Shown here: piece after piece, positions 47,904-59,306 of the stretch
Position numbering within the stretch: position 1 is the stretch's first letter
Layout of the letters: each line of letters opens with the position of its first letter
From: Dethiobacter sp.
GTDB lineage: Bacteria; Bacillota; Dethiobacteria; DTU022; UBA8154
Assembly (NCBI GenBank): GCA_020725665.1
Contig: DYEO01000024.1
Location: 17,408 to 81,407 of the forward strand
Reading direction: 5' to 3'
DNA: 64,000 nucleotides
Position numbers and translations under genes: made by a program
The notes under the pieces: model-generated
Told to the model about the DNA's origin: nothing
The model's input: only the letters and a program-made list of their open reading frames with translations
Database searches by the model: none

Positions 47904-48988
47904 GTGAGTGGAAGGAAGTTAAGCTGGGGGAGATAGTGGATATAATTGGTGGTGGTACACCTAAAACCAGCGTTAAAGAATATTGGAACGGCGACATTCC
48001 TTGGTTGTCGGTAACTGATTTTAATAACAACAGAAGGTATGTATATGAAACAGAAAAAAGTATAACAGAAAAAGGATTAAACGAAAGTTCTACAAAGCTA
48101 TTAAAAAAAGGTCAACTGATTATTTCAGCAAGAGGAACTGTTGGTGCTTTAGCTCAATTAGCAAGAGATATGGCTTTTAACCAGTCGTGTTATGGTTCAC
48201 ACGGTGCTGTCTTTGATACCATTACGAGGGAAACGTTCGATTTTATAGATGTTATTTTACCCCCCCTCCCCGAACAAAAAGCCATCGCCGGCATCTTAAG
48301 CAGCCTGGACGACAAAATAGAACTGCTGCACAGGCAGAACAAAACCCTGGAAGCTATGGCAGAGACCATATTCAGGAAGTGGTTTGAGGAGGAGGCAAGC
48401 GAAGATTGGGAAATTAAAAAACTTAAAGATTTTGGTAAGATTGTATGCGGTAAAACGCCTCCGACGGTTAATAAGGAGTTTTTTAACGGTAACATACCGT
48501 TCATAAAGATACCAGATATGCATAATAAAGTATTTGTTTTTGATACGATAGATACTCTTTCTGATAAAGGCGCAGAATATCAAGCAAATAAGTTTATTCC
48601 CCCTATGTCGATTTGTGTTAGTTGCATCGCAACAGTAGGATTGGTTTCAATGAACGCATTCAAATGCCAGACAAATCAGCAGATTAATTCTCTCATACCG
48701 CAACATGACAAATATAGATATTATCTATTTCTCTTTTTAAGAGGATATCGACATGAATTATTTGCGCTTGGAAGTGGTGGAACTATGACTCTTAATATAA
48801 ATACTACTTTATTTGGTGAGATAGAATGCTATGCTCCAGATGACTATACTCTATCGAGGTTTAACAATATAATCAAACCGATTTTTGATAAAATATTTAA
48901 TAATTGCAATCAAATCCGCACCACTACAAAACTCCGCGATACATTGCTTCCCAAGCTGATCAGCGGGGAAATCCGGGTTAAGGTTTGA
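47900..48988 (+). CDS. hsdS: Type I R-M specificity subunit HsdS
   Basis: Conserved N-terminal, central and C-terminal HsdS regions ([15 protein letters not shown], central [23 protein letters not shown]-terminal [12 protein letters not shown]) with two AT-rich target-recognition domains. Confidence 0.85.
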   Translation: MSEWKEVKLGEIVDIIGGGTPKTSVKEYWNGDIPWLSVTDFNNNRRYVYETEKSITEKGLNESSTKLLKKGQLIISARGTVGALAQLARDMAFNQSCYGSHGAVFDTITRETFDFIDVILPPLPEQKAIAGILSSLDDKIELLHRQNKTLEAMAETIFRKWFEEEASEDWEIKKLKDFGKIVCGKTPPTVNKEFFNGNIPFIKIPDMHNKVFVFDTIDTLSDKGAEYQANKFIPPMSICVSCIATVGLVSMNAFKCQTNQQINSLIPQHDKYRYYLFLFLRGYRHELFALGSGGTMTLNINTTLFGEIECYAPDDYTLSRFNNIIKPIFDKIFNNCNQIRTTTKLRDTLLPKLISGEIRVKV

Positions 48989-48998
48989 TTGATAAGGG

Positions 48999-51900
48999 GT
49001 GGAAAATATGCCGAAACTGTGCGAGAACGATATAGAATTAATGGCCATAGAGGAGCTGGAGAAGCTGGGCTATACCTATATTCCTGGCCCCAGCATAGCA
49101 CCTGACGGGGAAAATCCTGAGAGGCAGTCTTACAGAGACGTTTTGTTAGTTGGCCGCGTGCGTTCGGCTATTGCTAAATTAAATCCTACCATCCCTTATG
49201 ATGCCCGGGAAGAGGCGCTGAAGCAGCTGATGCGCCTTTCCTCCCCTGACCTTATAACCAATAACGAACAATTTCACAAATTCCTGACCGAAGGCGTCGA
49301 TGTGGAATACCGCAAAAACAGCGAAATTGTAGGTGACAAAGTGTGGCTCGCTGATTTTGCGCACCCGGAAAATAATGAGTTCCTGGGAGTAAACCAATTT
49401 ACCGTTATGGAAAACAACCAGAACAAGCGCCCCGATGTGGTGCTGTTTATCAACGGCTTGCCCCTGGCGGTTATGGAACTGAAAAACGCAGCCGACGAAA
49501 ATGCGACCATTGGCGAAGCCTACGAGCAGGTTCAGACCTATAAAGCCACTATTCCCACTCTCTTTAACTACAACGAGCTGATTATTATCTCTGACGGGCT
49601 GGAGGCCAAAGCAGGTTCTCTTTCCGCTGAATTTTCGCGCTTTATGGCCTGGAAAACCCGCGACGGCTTAAGGGAAGCGCCTCGGCATGCAGGGCAATTG
49701 GAGACCCTTATCCACGGTATGCTGAAAAAAGAGGTCGTCCTCGACTTAATCCGCTACTTTATCGTCTTTGAGAAATCCAAAACAGAAGATAAACAAACAG
49801 GCCTTGTCAATATCCAAACGGTTAAGAAAATAGCGGCCTATCACCAGTATTATGCGGTAAATAAGGCTATAAGGAGTACCCTTGAAGCAGCCTCGGAAAA
49901 CGGTGACAGGAAGGGCGGGGTAATCTGGCACACCCAGGGCAGCGGAAAATCTCTCACCATGGTTTTTTATACAGGGAAACTGGTGCAACTGCTCAATAAC
50001 CCGACCGTAGTAGTGATTACCGATAGAAACGACCTGGACGACCAGTTGTTTGACACCTTTGCCGCCTCGGCACAAATACTAAAGCAGCCTCCGGTCCAGG
50101 CGGAGAGCAGGGAGCACTTAAAGGACCTCCTGCGGGTAGCCTCAGGCGGGATTATCTTCACTACCATTCAGAAGTTTTTGCCTGAAGACGATAAACTCCA
50201 GTTTGATTTATTAAGCGAGAGACGAAACATCGTGGTAATTGCCGATGAAGCCCACCGGACCCAATACGGATTTAATGCCAGGATAAGAAACATCAAGGAT
50301 GAAAACAAGAGCATCGTGGCGCAAAAAATCGCTTACGGCTTTGCCAAATACATGCGGGACGCCCTGCCCAATGCCACATATATCGGTTTTACCGGCACGC
50401 CCATCGAAAAAGAAGACGCCAATACCCCGGCAGTGTTCGGCAATTATGTTGATATTTATGATATCGCCCAGGCGGTGGAAGACGGGGCAACGGTGCGCAT
50501 TTACTACGAAAGCAGGCTGGCCAAAGTCAACCTGGACGAAGAAGGAAGGCGCCTGATTGAAGAGTTTGACGCCGAACTGGAGGAAACCGACGAATTGTCC
50601 GAAGCCCAGAAAGCCAAGGCCAAGTGGGCAAAATTAGAGGCCATCGTCGGGCATCCCAAGCGCATTGCCAACCTGGCAAAAGATATCATTGAGCATTTTG
50701 AAGCAAGGCAGGCGGTATTCGCAGGCAAAGGCATGATTGTGGCCATGAGCCGCCGGATTGCCGTTGACTTGTACAACGAAATCATAAAGCTGCGCCCCCA
50801 GTGGCACCATGACGGCCTGGACAAAGGGGTGATCAAAGTGGTGATGACGGCGGCCAGCTCCGACGGGGTGGAAATGCAAAAGCATCACACCACCAAGGCC
50901 CAGAGGAAAATGCTGGCGGACCGCATGAAAGATGAAAATGACCCGTTAAAGCTGGTCGTTGTGCGGGACATGTGGCTGACCGGCTTTGACGTGCCCTGCC
51001 TGCATACCATGTACATAGACAAACCCATGAAAGACCACAACTTGATGCAGGCCATTGCCCGGGTGAACAGGGTTTTCAAAGACAAGCCGGGGGGCCTGGT
51101 GGTTGACTATATCGGGATCGGCACCAGCCTAAAGAAGGCACTTTCTTTTTATTCCCATGCCGGTGGCAAGGGCAGCCCGGCGGAAACCCAGGAAAAGGCT
51201 GTAGACATCATGCTGGAGAAGCTGGAAGTCGTCCGCCAGATGTACCATGGGTTCGATTACAGCAAATATTTTGCTGCTCCAACCGGCGAAAAGCTATCAT
51301 TTATCTTAAGGGCGGAAGAACATATTTTAGGCTTGGAGGACGGCAAAGGGCGCTACCTCAAAGAAGTGACCCTCTTAAGCCGCGCCCATGCCCTGGCCAC
51401 ACCGCACCCTAAAACCCGGGAACATGCAGAAGAGATTGCCTTCTTTCAGGCGGTCAAGGCCAGGCTGGTTAAGTTTGAACCAGGCGGAGCAGGCGGTGGG
51501 TCAAGCTGGGAAACGACCATCAAGCAGATTGTCGATGAAGCTTTAAGCTCTGAACAGGTGATAGACATCTTTGCTGCGGCAGGCATGGAAAAACCCGAAA
51601 TCTCCATTCTTTCTGAAGATTTCTTAGCAGAAGTCAAAAACATGAAGCATAAAAATTTAGCCATTGAGCTTTTGAAAAAACTGCTCAACGACGAAATAAA
51701 AGAGCGGGGCAGGCTAAACTATGTTGTGGGCAAATCCCTTATGCAGATGCTGGAGACGGCGATAAAGAAATATCAAAACAATCTACTGACTACAGCTGAA
51801 GTAATCGAAGAGCTGATCAGGATTGCCAAAGAGATTAACGCTGCCGACAGGCGGGGAGAAGACTTGGGCCTCAGCAAAGACGATTTGGCCTTTTATGATG

Positions 51901-52217
51901 CCCTGGGGGTTAACGACAGTGCGGTTAAAGTTCTGGGCGACGACACGCTACGGGATATTGCCAGGGAACTTGCCGATAAGGTGCGTAAGAACGCCACCAT
52001 TGACTGGACAGTGAAGGAAAGCGTGCGGGCAAGGCTGATGGTCCTGGTGCGGCGGACGTTGAATAAGTACGGCTACCCGCCGGACAAACAGCAGCAAGCC
52101 GTGGAAACCGTCATGAAACAGGCGGAGATATTGGCAGATAGGTGGGCTTCACCGCAAGTTGCCTATGATATTGACCCCCTCTTTGGGATGGCCAGGGCAG
52201 CAGAAACAAAAGAGTAA
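48999..52217 (+). CDS. hsdR: Type I restriction enzyme R subunit HsdR
   Basis: SF2 motifs HTQGSGKSLTM and IADEAHRTQ, QAIARVNR, and 1072 aa length. Confidence 0.9.
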   Translation: MENMPKLCENDIELMAIEELEKLGYTYIPGPSIAPDGENPERQSYRDVLLVGRVRSAIAKLNPTIPYDAREEALKQLMRLSSPDLITNNEQFHKFLTEGVDVEYRKNSEIVGDKVWLADFAHPENNEFLGVNQFTVMENNQNKRPDVVLFINGLPLAVMELKNAADENATIGEAYEQVQTYKATIPTLFNYNELIIISDGLEAKAGSLSAEFSRFMAWKTRDGLREAPRHAGQLETLIHGMLKKEVVLDLIRYFIVFEKSKTEDKQTGLVNIQTVKKIAAYHQYYAVNKAIRSTLEAASENGDRKGGVIWHTQGSGKSLTMVFYTGKLVQLLNNPTVVVITDRNDLDDQLFDTFAASAQILKQPPVQAESREHLKDLLRVASGGIIFTTIQKFLPEDDKLQFDLLSERRNIVVIADEAHRTQYGFNARIRNIKDENKSIVAQKIAYGFAKYMRDALPNATYIGFTGTPIEKEDANTPAVFGNYVDIYDIAQAVEDGATVRIYYESRLAKVNLDEEGRRLIEEFDAELEETDELSEAQKAKAKWAKLEAIVGHPKRIANLAKDIIEHFEARQAVFAGKGMIVAMSRRIAVDLYNEIIKLRPQWHHDGLDKGVIKVVMTAASSDGVEMQKHHTTKAQRKMLADRMKDENDPLKLVVVRDMWLTGFDVPCLHTMYIDKPMKDHNLMQAIARVNRVFKDKPGGLVVDYIGIGTSLKKALSFYSHAGGKGSPAETQEKAVDIMLEKLEVVRQMYHGFDYSKYFAAPTGEKLSFILRAEEHILGLEDGKGRYLKEVTLLSRAHALATPHPKTREHAEEIAFFQAVKARLVKFEPGGAGGGSSWETTIKQIVDEALSSEQVIDIFAAAGMEKPEISILSEDFLAEVKNMKHKNLAIELLKKLLNDEIKERGRLNYVVGKSLMQMLETAIKKYQNNLLTTAEVIEELIRIAKEINAADRRGEDLGLSKDDLAFYDALGVNDSAVKVLGDDTLRDIARELADKVRKNATIDWTVKESVRARLMVLVRRTLNKYGYPPDKQQQAVETVMKQAEILADRWASPQVAYDIDPLFGMARAAETKE

Positions 52218-52274
52218 GCCGCTGAACTTTTCTCTGTGGGAAGGTTCAGTGATTACCTATGATAGTGAATAATT

Positions 52275-54095
52275 GTGCAAAAGGAAAGGAGGGCGAGCGC
52301 TTTGCCGACACAGCGCTATGCGGTTACCCAGCCGCCCATCGAGACTGTGCTTACGTGGATAAAATCCGGAGAAATCGCAATCCCGGAAATCCAGCGCCCC
52401 TTTGTTTGGAATGCCACAAAGGTCCGGAATTTTCTGGATTCATTATTTCAAGGGTTCCCAGTGGGTTACTTAATTGCCTGGCGCAACCCCAACATTAAGC
52501 TCAAGGACGGGACCCTTTCTTCCGGCAAGCGCATTTTAATTGACGGGCAGCAACGGGTAACAGCCCTGATGGCTTCATTGCTGGGACAGGAAGTGGTGAA
52601 TAAAAATTACCAGAGGGTTAAAATTCGCATTGCCTTTAATCCCAAAGAAAAAAGATTTGAAGTCACAAACCCTGCCATTGAAAAAGACAGCTCTTGGCTG
52701 CCGGATATATCCCTGGTCTTTAGCCCTCATACCAGCTTGTTTGAACTTGTAAACAGGTATTGTGAGAGGAACCCGGATACCACAACGGACGAGGTTTTTA
52801 AAAGCATTGAGCTGCTTAAGCGTATTACCAGCAACCAGATCGGCCTCATAGAGCTTGACTCCGAGCTTGATATAGAAACAGTTACTGAGATTTTTATCCG
52901 GGTCAATTCCGAGGGGGTAGCTTTAAACCAGGCCGACTTTGCCATGTCGAAAATCGCTGTCAATGAAACTTATGGGGGCAATATGCTCCGCAAGGCTATT
53001 GATTATTTTTGCCATATGGCAGTTAACCCTGAATTTTTCAACGTTGTTAAGAATGACGCTGTTTTTGCCCGCAGCGAGTTTTTTAACCGCATGGCCTGGT
53101 TGGGTAAAGAAAACGATCGCCTGTATGAGCCTTCTTATACAGATATGCTGCGGGTAGCGTTTACTTCTGAATTTAAAAGGGGACGTTTGGAAGACCTGGT
53201 GGCGCTATTATCCGGCCGCAACTTTGAAACCAGGCAGTACGAGGAAGCCATAGTGGAAGATTCTTTCAGCAGGCTGAAACAGGGTATTTTAAACTTTGTC
53301 AATGAAACAAATTTCCAACGCTTTATCATGATCATCCGCTCCGCCGGGTTTGTGGACTCCTCCTTGCTTGGTTCACAAAACGCGCTGAATTTTGCTTATA
53401 TCCTGTATTTAACTATGCGCGGGCAGGGCATACCTCCCGCTGAGATTGAACGTTATGTCCGCCGCTGGTATGTAATGACCGTCCTAACCGGGCGCTATTC
53501 CGGCGATCCGGAAGGAACGATGGACTATGACATTCGCCAGATACATACTCAAGGGGTGCAGGCCTATTTAGACGGGCTAATCCGCGGGGAGCTCTCTGAG
53601 ACCTTCTGGGAGGTAGCCTTGCCCCAGGCTTTAAATACCTCGGTGGCCTCCAGCCCCTATTTCCGTGTGTTCCAGGCTGCCCAGGTAAAGCTGGGCGACC
53701 GCGGCTTTCTCTCTAAAGACATCGGCGTGCGGGAGCTGGTGGAAATCCGGTCGCATGTGCACCACATATTTCCCAGCGACTATTTAAAGAAAAAGGGTTT
53801 TGCCAGAGGGCAGTACAACCAGATTGCCAACTATGTGGTGGCGCAGAGCGAAATAAATATTGCCATAGGCAATAAGGAGCCGAAAGTTTACTTTCAAGAG
53901 CTCCTTGCTCAATGCCAGGGTGGCCCTAAAAAATACGGTAATATAACGGACCTACAGGAGCTGCAGGAAAACCTGGCTATGAACTGTATTCCTGATGGTA
54001 TGGAAAAAATGGCCGCCGATGACTACGAAGAGTTTTTGAAGAAGCGCCGCAAATTAATGGCGGAGAAAATAAGAACATATTTTGAGAGCCTGTAG
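52275..54095 (+). CDS. DUF262 (ParB-like) / DUF1524 (HNH-like) nuclease, GmrSD/BrxU-like Type IV restriction enzyme
   Basis: [10 protein letters not shown] and [10 protein letters not shown] (DUF262 DGQQR motif). C-terminal [13 protein letters not shown] is a His-Me finger. The start may be TTG 52302, given RBS AGGAGGG. Confidence 0.8.
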   Translation: MQKERRASALPTQRYAVTQPPIETVLTWIKSGEIAIPEIQRPFVWNATKVRNFLDSLFQGFPVGYLIAWRNPNIKLKDGTLSSGKRILIDGQQRVTALMASLLGQEVVNKNYQRVKIRIAFNPKEKRFEVTNPAIEKDSSWLPDISLVFSPHTSLFELVNRYCERNPDTTTDEVFKSIELLKRITSNQIGLIELDSELDIETVTEIFIRVNSEGVALNQADFAMSKIAVNETYGGNMLRKAIDYFCHMAVNPEFFNVVKNDAVFARSEFFNRMAWLGKENDRLYEPSYTDMLRVAFTSEFKRGRLEDLVALLSGRNFETRQYEEAIVEDSFSRLKQGILNFVNETNFQRFIMIIRSAGFVDSSLLGSQNALNFAYILYLTMRGQGIPPAEIERYVRRWYVMTVLTGRYSGDPEGTMDYDIRQIHTQGVQAYLDGLIRGELSETFWEVALPQALNTSVASSPYFRVFQAAQVKLGDRGFLSKDIGVRELVEIRSHVHHIFPSDYLKKKGFARGQYNQIANYVVAQSEINIAIGNKEPKVYFQELLAQCQGGPKKYGNITDLQELQENLAMNCIPDGMEKMAADDYEEFLKKRRKLMAEKIRTYFESL

Positions 54096-54098
54096 TAA

Positions 54099-54347
<249 letters not shown>

Positions 54348-54445
54348 GTGTCGCCAAATAAAAAGCCTCCTGGTAGGTTTATGCATGGAAGATATTTTAA
54401 AATCCAACTTTATGGTACTGGCTTGTCCAGGTTAGGAGTTGATAA

Positions 54446-55297
54446 TTGTATTGTATGGATACGTTAATCATCGAGCTCACAGCTGGATTGGTTGACAATT
54501 TCGCAACTCCGAACAGTCGAACCAAAGTCGAGACCGAAGTCATCAACAATAGTGGCTGGCTTACGGTCGAGGACCTGTCCGGAGTTCCCCGTTCAGTTCA
54601 TCGGTTCACTGTCCACAATGCGGCGGACGTTGGCTGCCCACCACTTGATGCAGAACAATCATCCTATATCATCGCAATGGGTTGTTCTCTGATCTCATCT
54701 CGGGTTTTGTTTTCACCATTGCAACCGCAGCGGTTCACTCCCAATCTTCGGCTTGGCGAACTTCCTTCCAAAGTGGAGGTTGCAGAGACGCCCACGGGTA
54801 AAAATATCTTGATAACCGAAACCATAAGGGTGACGGGATCGATCAGCATCTTGATAAGCACCAAGGTTATACTCGATGCATCGAAACTCTCAGACGTGAT
54901 CGAGCGTCTCCTGAAGCTTCGTCCGTTTGACTTGGCGAATCGTAGTTTGGCAGAACTTAATGTTCTTGATGCTCTAAAAAGATACAGAGATGCCCTTCAC
55001 GCTGCTGAACCGCTTGCTTGTTACAAAGCTCTCTTTTCGGCATTGGAGAAATCAGTCAATCGCTCCGGAGAGGAGAAGGAAGGAGCTGCCTTTGATTCAG
55101 CCGCATCTGCCGCTACTGGGTTATCGGCAACCGTCATCAAGGAGATTCGTGAATTCAACAATCGTGTCAAGCACGCAATTCGCAAGGAAAAGAAGGAAAA
55201 GGACTTCGAGACATTGAGACGAGGTGAGTCCAATCTGGCTCGCATTGCAATCAACCTAAAGGTAGCCACAGACAATGCATTGCTCGCACAAATATGA
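54446..55297 (+). CDS. Hypothetical protein
   Basis: 283 aa ORF with GC about 50% and no motif recognised. Confidence 0.3.
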   Translation: MYCMDTLIIELTAGLVDNFATPNSRTKVETEVINNSGWLTVEDLSGVPRSVHRFTVHNAADVGCPPLDAEQSSYIIAMGCSLISSRVLFSPLQPQRFTPNLRLGELPSKVEVAETPTGKNILITETIRVTGSISILISTKVILDASKLSDVIERLLKLRPFDLANRSLAELNVLDALKRYRDALHAAEPLACYKALFSALEKSVNRSGEEKEGAAFDSAASAATGLSATVIKEIREFNNRVKHAIRKEKKEKDFETLRRGESNLARIAINLKVATDNALLAQI

Positions 55298-55546
55298 ACT
55301 ATAGTGACAATCATGCCGCCTGCGGCACCATCGGAAGGATGAAAACGCCATCCTGTTGAATTTAGTTCCCGCGGCTGGCGATGAGGGCGAATAACCTTGG
55401 TACTTCGAGTCCGATATTTAGACAGACCTCAGCGATCTGGTGCACCACGGAATGTTGCTCCCGAAAGGGTAAGCACGCAGGGTAGAATATCATTCTACGA
55501 TTGCTGCACCGGCTGCAATTAGACGCCGCAGAAGGGGAATGTCGAA

Positions 55547-55741
55547 ATGCAAAGTATTCATGAGCGGTGCTGCGGGCTGGATGTCCATAAAAAGACCATT
55601 ACGGCCTGCATCATCACACCAAAGGGGAAGGTGATCAAAACTTTTGGCACGATGACCGGCGAGATCCTGGAGCTTGTAGAGTGGATTAAAGAGCATCAAT
55701 GCACGCAAGTAGCCATGGGTGTTGCCTCTCACGCACACTGA
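55547..55741 (+). mobile_element. IS110-family transposase N-terminal fragment (64 aa, truncated)
   Basis: CGLDVHKKTITACIITPKGKVIKTFGT....LVEWIKEHQCTQVAMG matches the IS110 N-terminal DEDD domain (G.D..K....A..D) but ends after 64 aa. The fragment is GC-rich (about 55%). Confidence 0.55.
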
Positions 55742-55797
55742 CGGTAGCATTCTCACCGCCGATGGCGTTGTAGTTTAGCTGACAACACGCAAACAGA

Positions 55798-56052
55798 GTG
55801 AGAATTCAGCCGCCAATTAGCGGCGGCTGTGGATATGCCGCTCGTGTGGATTTGTGGATGACTCCTGGAGGAGAAGTACCACCGGACTTAGTGGGATATA
55901 TCATGGATTCCGAGGTTGCCCCTTACGTTAGGACGGCCCTCCGTAAAGCCAAGGGGAGCGGGGCAACGGTTGATGACTGGAAACGCATCATTGAGGAATT
56001 TGATAGAAAGGGCAAGGGATTGTTTAACAATTTTTTTCTTACCACATATTGA
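55798..56052 (+). CDS. Hypothetical protein
   Basis: 84 aa ORF with no motif. It may be a remnant associated with the IS fragment. Confidence 0.2.
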   Translation: MRIQPPISGGCGYAARVDLWMTPGGEVPPDLVGYIMDSEVAPYVRTALRKAKGSGATVDDWKRIIEEFDRKGKGLFNNFFLTTY

Positions 56053-56118
56053 CAAGCACTTTTTTGCATGATACAAATTCACTATCAGGCGTAAAACGAG
56101 TAAAAAGGAGGTGTTATT

Positions 56119-56523
56119 ATGAAAGAGCAATACATGCGCTTTGGCGACTTCATCAAGAAAAAACGCCTCAGCGACCCCAGGGAACTGACCCTAAAAGACA
56201 TGTCCGAGAGACTGGGAATGTCTATAGGCATGCTAAGCGACATCGAAAACAACCGGAAAAAGCCCTTTGACAGCGACAAGATTGAAAAATTTGCAGAAAT
56301 ACTGGGCCTTTCTGAAGAAGACAAGGCCAAAATGTATGACCTGGCAGCCCGGGAACGCAATCAAATCCCGGCAGATCTAGAGGATATAATGATGTATGAC
56401 AACATCGGCGAAATGGCAAGGTTTGCCTTAAGACAATCCAATGCCGGGGTTGTGACCGAAGAAGATTGGAAGAAATTTATCCGGGAGATTGAGGCCAAAA
56501 AAAGGAGGCAAAAAAGTGATTGA
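56119..56523 (+). CDS. XRE-family HTH transcriptional regulator
   Basis: HTH_3 motif IKKKRLSDPRELTLKDMSERLGMSIGMLSDIENNRKKP. RBS AAGGAGG precedes the start. Confidence 0.7.
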   Translation: MKEQYMRFGDFIKKKRLSDPRELTLKDMSERLGMSIGMLSDIENNRKKPFDSDKIEKFAEILGLSEEDKAKMYDLAARERNQIPADLEDIMMYDNIGEMARFALRQSNAGVVTEEDWKKFIREIEAKKRRQKSD

Positions 56524-56768
56524 GTTTAAATGCTCAATTAAGGGAGCCCTATGTAAAGCCGATAAAGGGTGCGCGATACAAGGGAATTTTTGAATTGAGA
56601 GTTAAATTCGCATCGGACATCAGCAGAATATTTTATTTCACATACCACGAAAAAACCTTTGTGCTGCTTCATGGTTTTACCAAGAAAACCGAAAAAACGC
56701 CGCAAAGAGAGCTTGAACGGGCACTGCGTTATAAAGAAGATTATGAAAGAAGGTGTGATGATGAGTAA
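56520..56768 (+). CDS. Type II toxin (RelE/ParE superfamily, HigB/Gp49-like)
   Basis: IFELRVKFASDISRIFYFTYHEKTFVLLHGFTKKTEKTPQRELERA is the Gp49/HigB-like signature. It is followed by an XRE antitoxin. Confidence 0.7.
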   Translation: MSLNAQLREPYVKPIKGARYKGIFELRVKFASDISRIFYFTYHEKTFVLLHGFTKKTEKTPQRELERALRYKEDYERRCDDE

Positions 56769-57045
56769 AGCTGGAGCGAAGTTTTCCGAAGTGAAAGAGC
56801 TTTTGATGAAAGACGAAGAATTCAAAGCAGAGTACGAAAAGCTAAAACCACGTTATGATGTGATTTCCCAAATCATTGAAGCAAGAACAAGCCAAAACAT
56901 TACCCAAGAAGAATTGGCACTCCGGGTTGGGACTCAGAAATCTAATATCAGCCGCCTGGAAAGCGGAACGTATAATCCATCCCTTGACTTTTTGGCTAAA
57001 GTTGCCCGATCCCTTGGGAAAGAGGTACAGATCATATTAAAATAA
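56758..57045 (+). CDS. XRE-family HTH antitoxin (HigA-like)
   Basis: HTH QNITQEELALRVGTQKSNISRLESG. ATGATG start with RBS AAGGTG. Overlaps the toxin stop. Confidence 0.7.
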   Translation: MMSKAGAKFSEVKELLMKDEEFKAEYEKLKPRYDVISQIIEARTSQNITQEELALRVGTQKSNISRLESGTYNPSLDFLAKVARSLGKEVQIILK

Positions 57046-57262
57046 GGGATTGAGAAGTCATAAAGAAATATACGTGACAGCATTGATGACTATAGTTAAG
57101 GCGCTGAGAAATCAGGGCCTTTTCCTTTAGCACAGAAAATTATTGGGAATATGGCAGTCATAAAAAATATTGCTGTAATTATAGATACTGCTGTAATCCA
57201 TTGTTTTGATAGCATGAAAGGAGTATAATATAATAAGAATACTACTACAAGGAGTTGATACC

Positions 57263-57553
57263 ATGCAGATTAAACCGTCCGCAAGCATCCGACAGAATTA
57301 CAACGAAATTGCGGCGTTGTGCAAGTCCACCGGAGAGCCTGTGTATCTTACCAAAAACGGCGAGGGCGATCTTGTGGTTATGGATATAGAGGCGTTTACC
57401 CGTCGTGAAAAAATGCTGAAGCTGCGGGAAGAACTGCTGGCTGTTGAGGAAGACCGTCTGGCCGGCCGTGTCGGAACTACACCGGATGAACTGGACAAAT
57501 ACCTGGACGGTATTATTGACGAGGTGGAACATGGAAAAGAAGCCTCAATATAA
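57263..57553 (+). CDS. Phd/YefM-family antitoxin
   Basis: MQIKPSASIRQNYNEIAALCKSTGEPVYLTKNGEGDLVVMDIEAF is the classic Phd/YefM N-terminus. Confidence 0.8.
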   Translation: MQIKPSASIRQNYNEIAALCKSTGEPVYLTKNGEGDLVVMDIEAFTRREKMLKLREELLAVEEDRLAGRVGTTPDELDKYLDGIIDEVEHGKEASI

Positions 57554-57848
57554 GGTGATCGTTTCCGACCGTGCCCGCCAAATGCTGGCGGGCCATGTCC
57601 GTTTTCTGGCACAGAAAAGCCCTGCTGCCGCCCGCAAGGTGAAAAACGATCTGATGGACGCTATCCGTTCCCTGCATCAAATGCCCCAGCGTTTTCCATT
57701 TCTGGACGCGGAATTTATGCCGCCCAACAAATATCACAAGATGTTCGTAGAAAAATGGTATCTCATTCTATATCAGATCAAGGACCAGACGGTATACGTT
57801 GATTATATTGTTGATTGCAGGCAGGATTATGGGTGGTTGGTGCGATAA
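57531..57848 (+). CDS. RelE/ParE-family toxin
   Basis: About 105 aa starting at ATG 57531 with RBS GAGGTGG. Overlaps the antitoxin end and has ParE-like length and charge pattern. Confidence 0.65.
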   Translation: MEKKPQYKVIVSDRARQMLAGHVRFLAQKSPAAARKVKNDLMDAIRSLHQMPQRFPFLDAEFMPPNKYHKMFVEKWYLILYQIKDQTVYVDYIVDCRQDYGWLVR

Positions 57849-57984
57849 GACTATAGTATGAGTATGAACCATAAACGCTTGGAAGGGTAAATTCCCATTA
57901 TTTATATAATCTCTGCTTTAAATAAAACTGTAACTGATACTTGCGAAAATTTAACTCCACTGAACAACGAATAGAGGATGTTTT

Positions 57985-58693
57985 ATGTGGATATATTCGG
58001 CTCTAATTCTCACCAGCTTTATCGCTGCTTTTGTTTCGGGTGCGGCTGGTTTCGGCGGCGCTCTTTTGCTGTTGCCTGTGGTAACTGCCTGTGTCGGCGC
58101 GGAGGTTGCCGTGCCGGTACTGACCCTTGCTCAGCTAATTGGGAACCTCTCCCGCATGGCATTCGGGTTCCGGCAGATCGACTGGAAATCAGTTGGTCTG
58201 TTCTGTGCGACGGCGCTCCCGCTGGCCGCCCTGGGCGCGTTTTGGCTTTTCTGTACTTCCGAAGGATATCGTTACCCGTTGTATCGGCGGGGTTTTGATT
58301 GTCCTTGTTTTGATAAAGGTAATTAAGAGATTGGAGTTCAAAAATGACAAAAAAGCCATGCTTATCGGTGGCGCAGCTACCGGATTGCTGTCTGGGCTTG
58401 CCGGAAGCGGCGGGCCTATCGGAGCGGCGGCATTTCTGACACTTGGACTGCCGCCTGTTGCCTATATTGCCAGCGAAGCCACTACCGCCACAGCAATGTA
58501 CATCCTGAAAACTGCCATATACAGCAAACTAGTTGGTCTTGACTCCTCTACGTTCCTTACAGGACATGCAATGGGTGCGGCAATGATAGCCGGAACGTTT
58601 GCAGCAAACCGTATTATTAAAAAAATGGAAAAATTAAATAAATGGAAAAAGGAAAATTTCAGAACTATGTCGCTGTTTTGCTCTGTATTGTAG
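57985..58693 (+). pseudogene. TauE/SafE (DUF81) sulfite-exporter-family membrane protein, frameshifted
   Basis: N-terminal half (ORF 57985..58326) has GAAGFGGALLLLPV. The C-terminal half continues in another frame (ORF 58139..58693), and the frame switch is needed near 58245-58262. Confidence 0.55.
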
Positions 58694-58725
58694 ATGCATA
58701 CATGCTGATATTCGGAGGATAACGG

Positions 58726-59094
58726 ATGAACCTGAAGGAGCGGGCCAAAAAACTCAAAACAGATATTCCGGCGGTATTTATTGCCATGAAGAAGCAAGAA
58801 ACTCCGATTGTGGCAAAGACCATTGCCGTATTGACCGTTGCATATGCGCTATCTCCAATTGATCTGATTCCCGATTTTATTCCTGTGTTGGGCTACATAG
58901 ATGATATTATTTTGCTGCCAGCTCTAGTGGCGCTCACCATACGAATGATTCCATCGGATGTTTTTGACGCATGCCGTAAAGAAGCAGAAGGACTTTGGTC
59001 GGCCGGAAAGCCTAAGAAATGGTATTACGCATTGCCAATTGTGGCGGTGTGGCTGCTGATCGTATTTTTGATCGTTAGAGCAATATGGTTTTAG
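58726..59094 (+). CDS. YkvA/DUF1232 family membrane protein
   Basis: YALSPIDLIPDFIPVLGYIDD signature. Confidence 0.65.
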   Translation: MNLKERAKKLKTDIPAVFIAMKKQETPIVAKTIAVLTVAYALSPIDLIPDFIPVLGYIDDIILLPALVALTIRMIPSDVFDACRKEAEGLWSAGKPKKWYYALPIVAVWLLIVFLIVRAIWF

Positions 59095-59306
59095 GATAAT
59101 TCGGCCGAAAAATTTCAAGTTATGATATTCACATATTGAGCATACTGGGAAATAAACATTATAAACTTTTCCGACCTCTTAATTTATTTTATAAGCCCAA
59201 TGAGGTGCTGAGATATCAGCGCCTTTTCCTTTTTCCCTTCGTGGTGCATACAAATACACTCTAATATGGTATAATATAGAGTGTTATTGTACTGCAAAGG
59301 AGGTAC

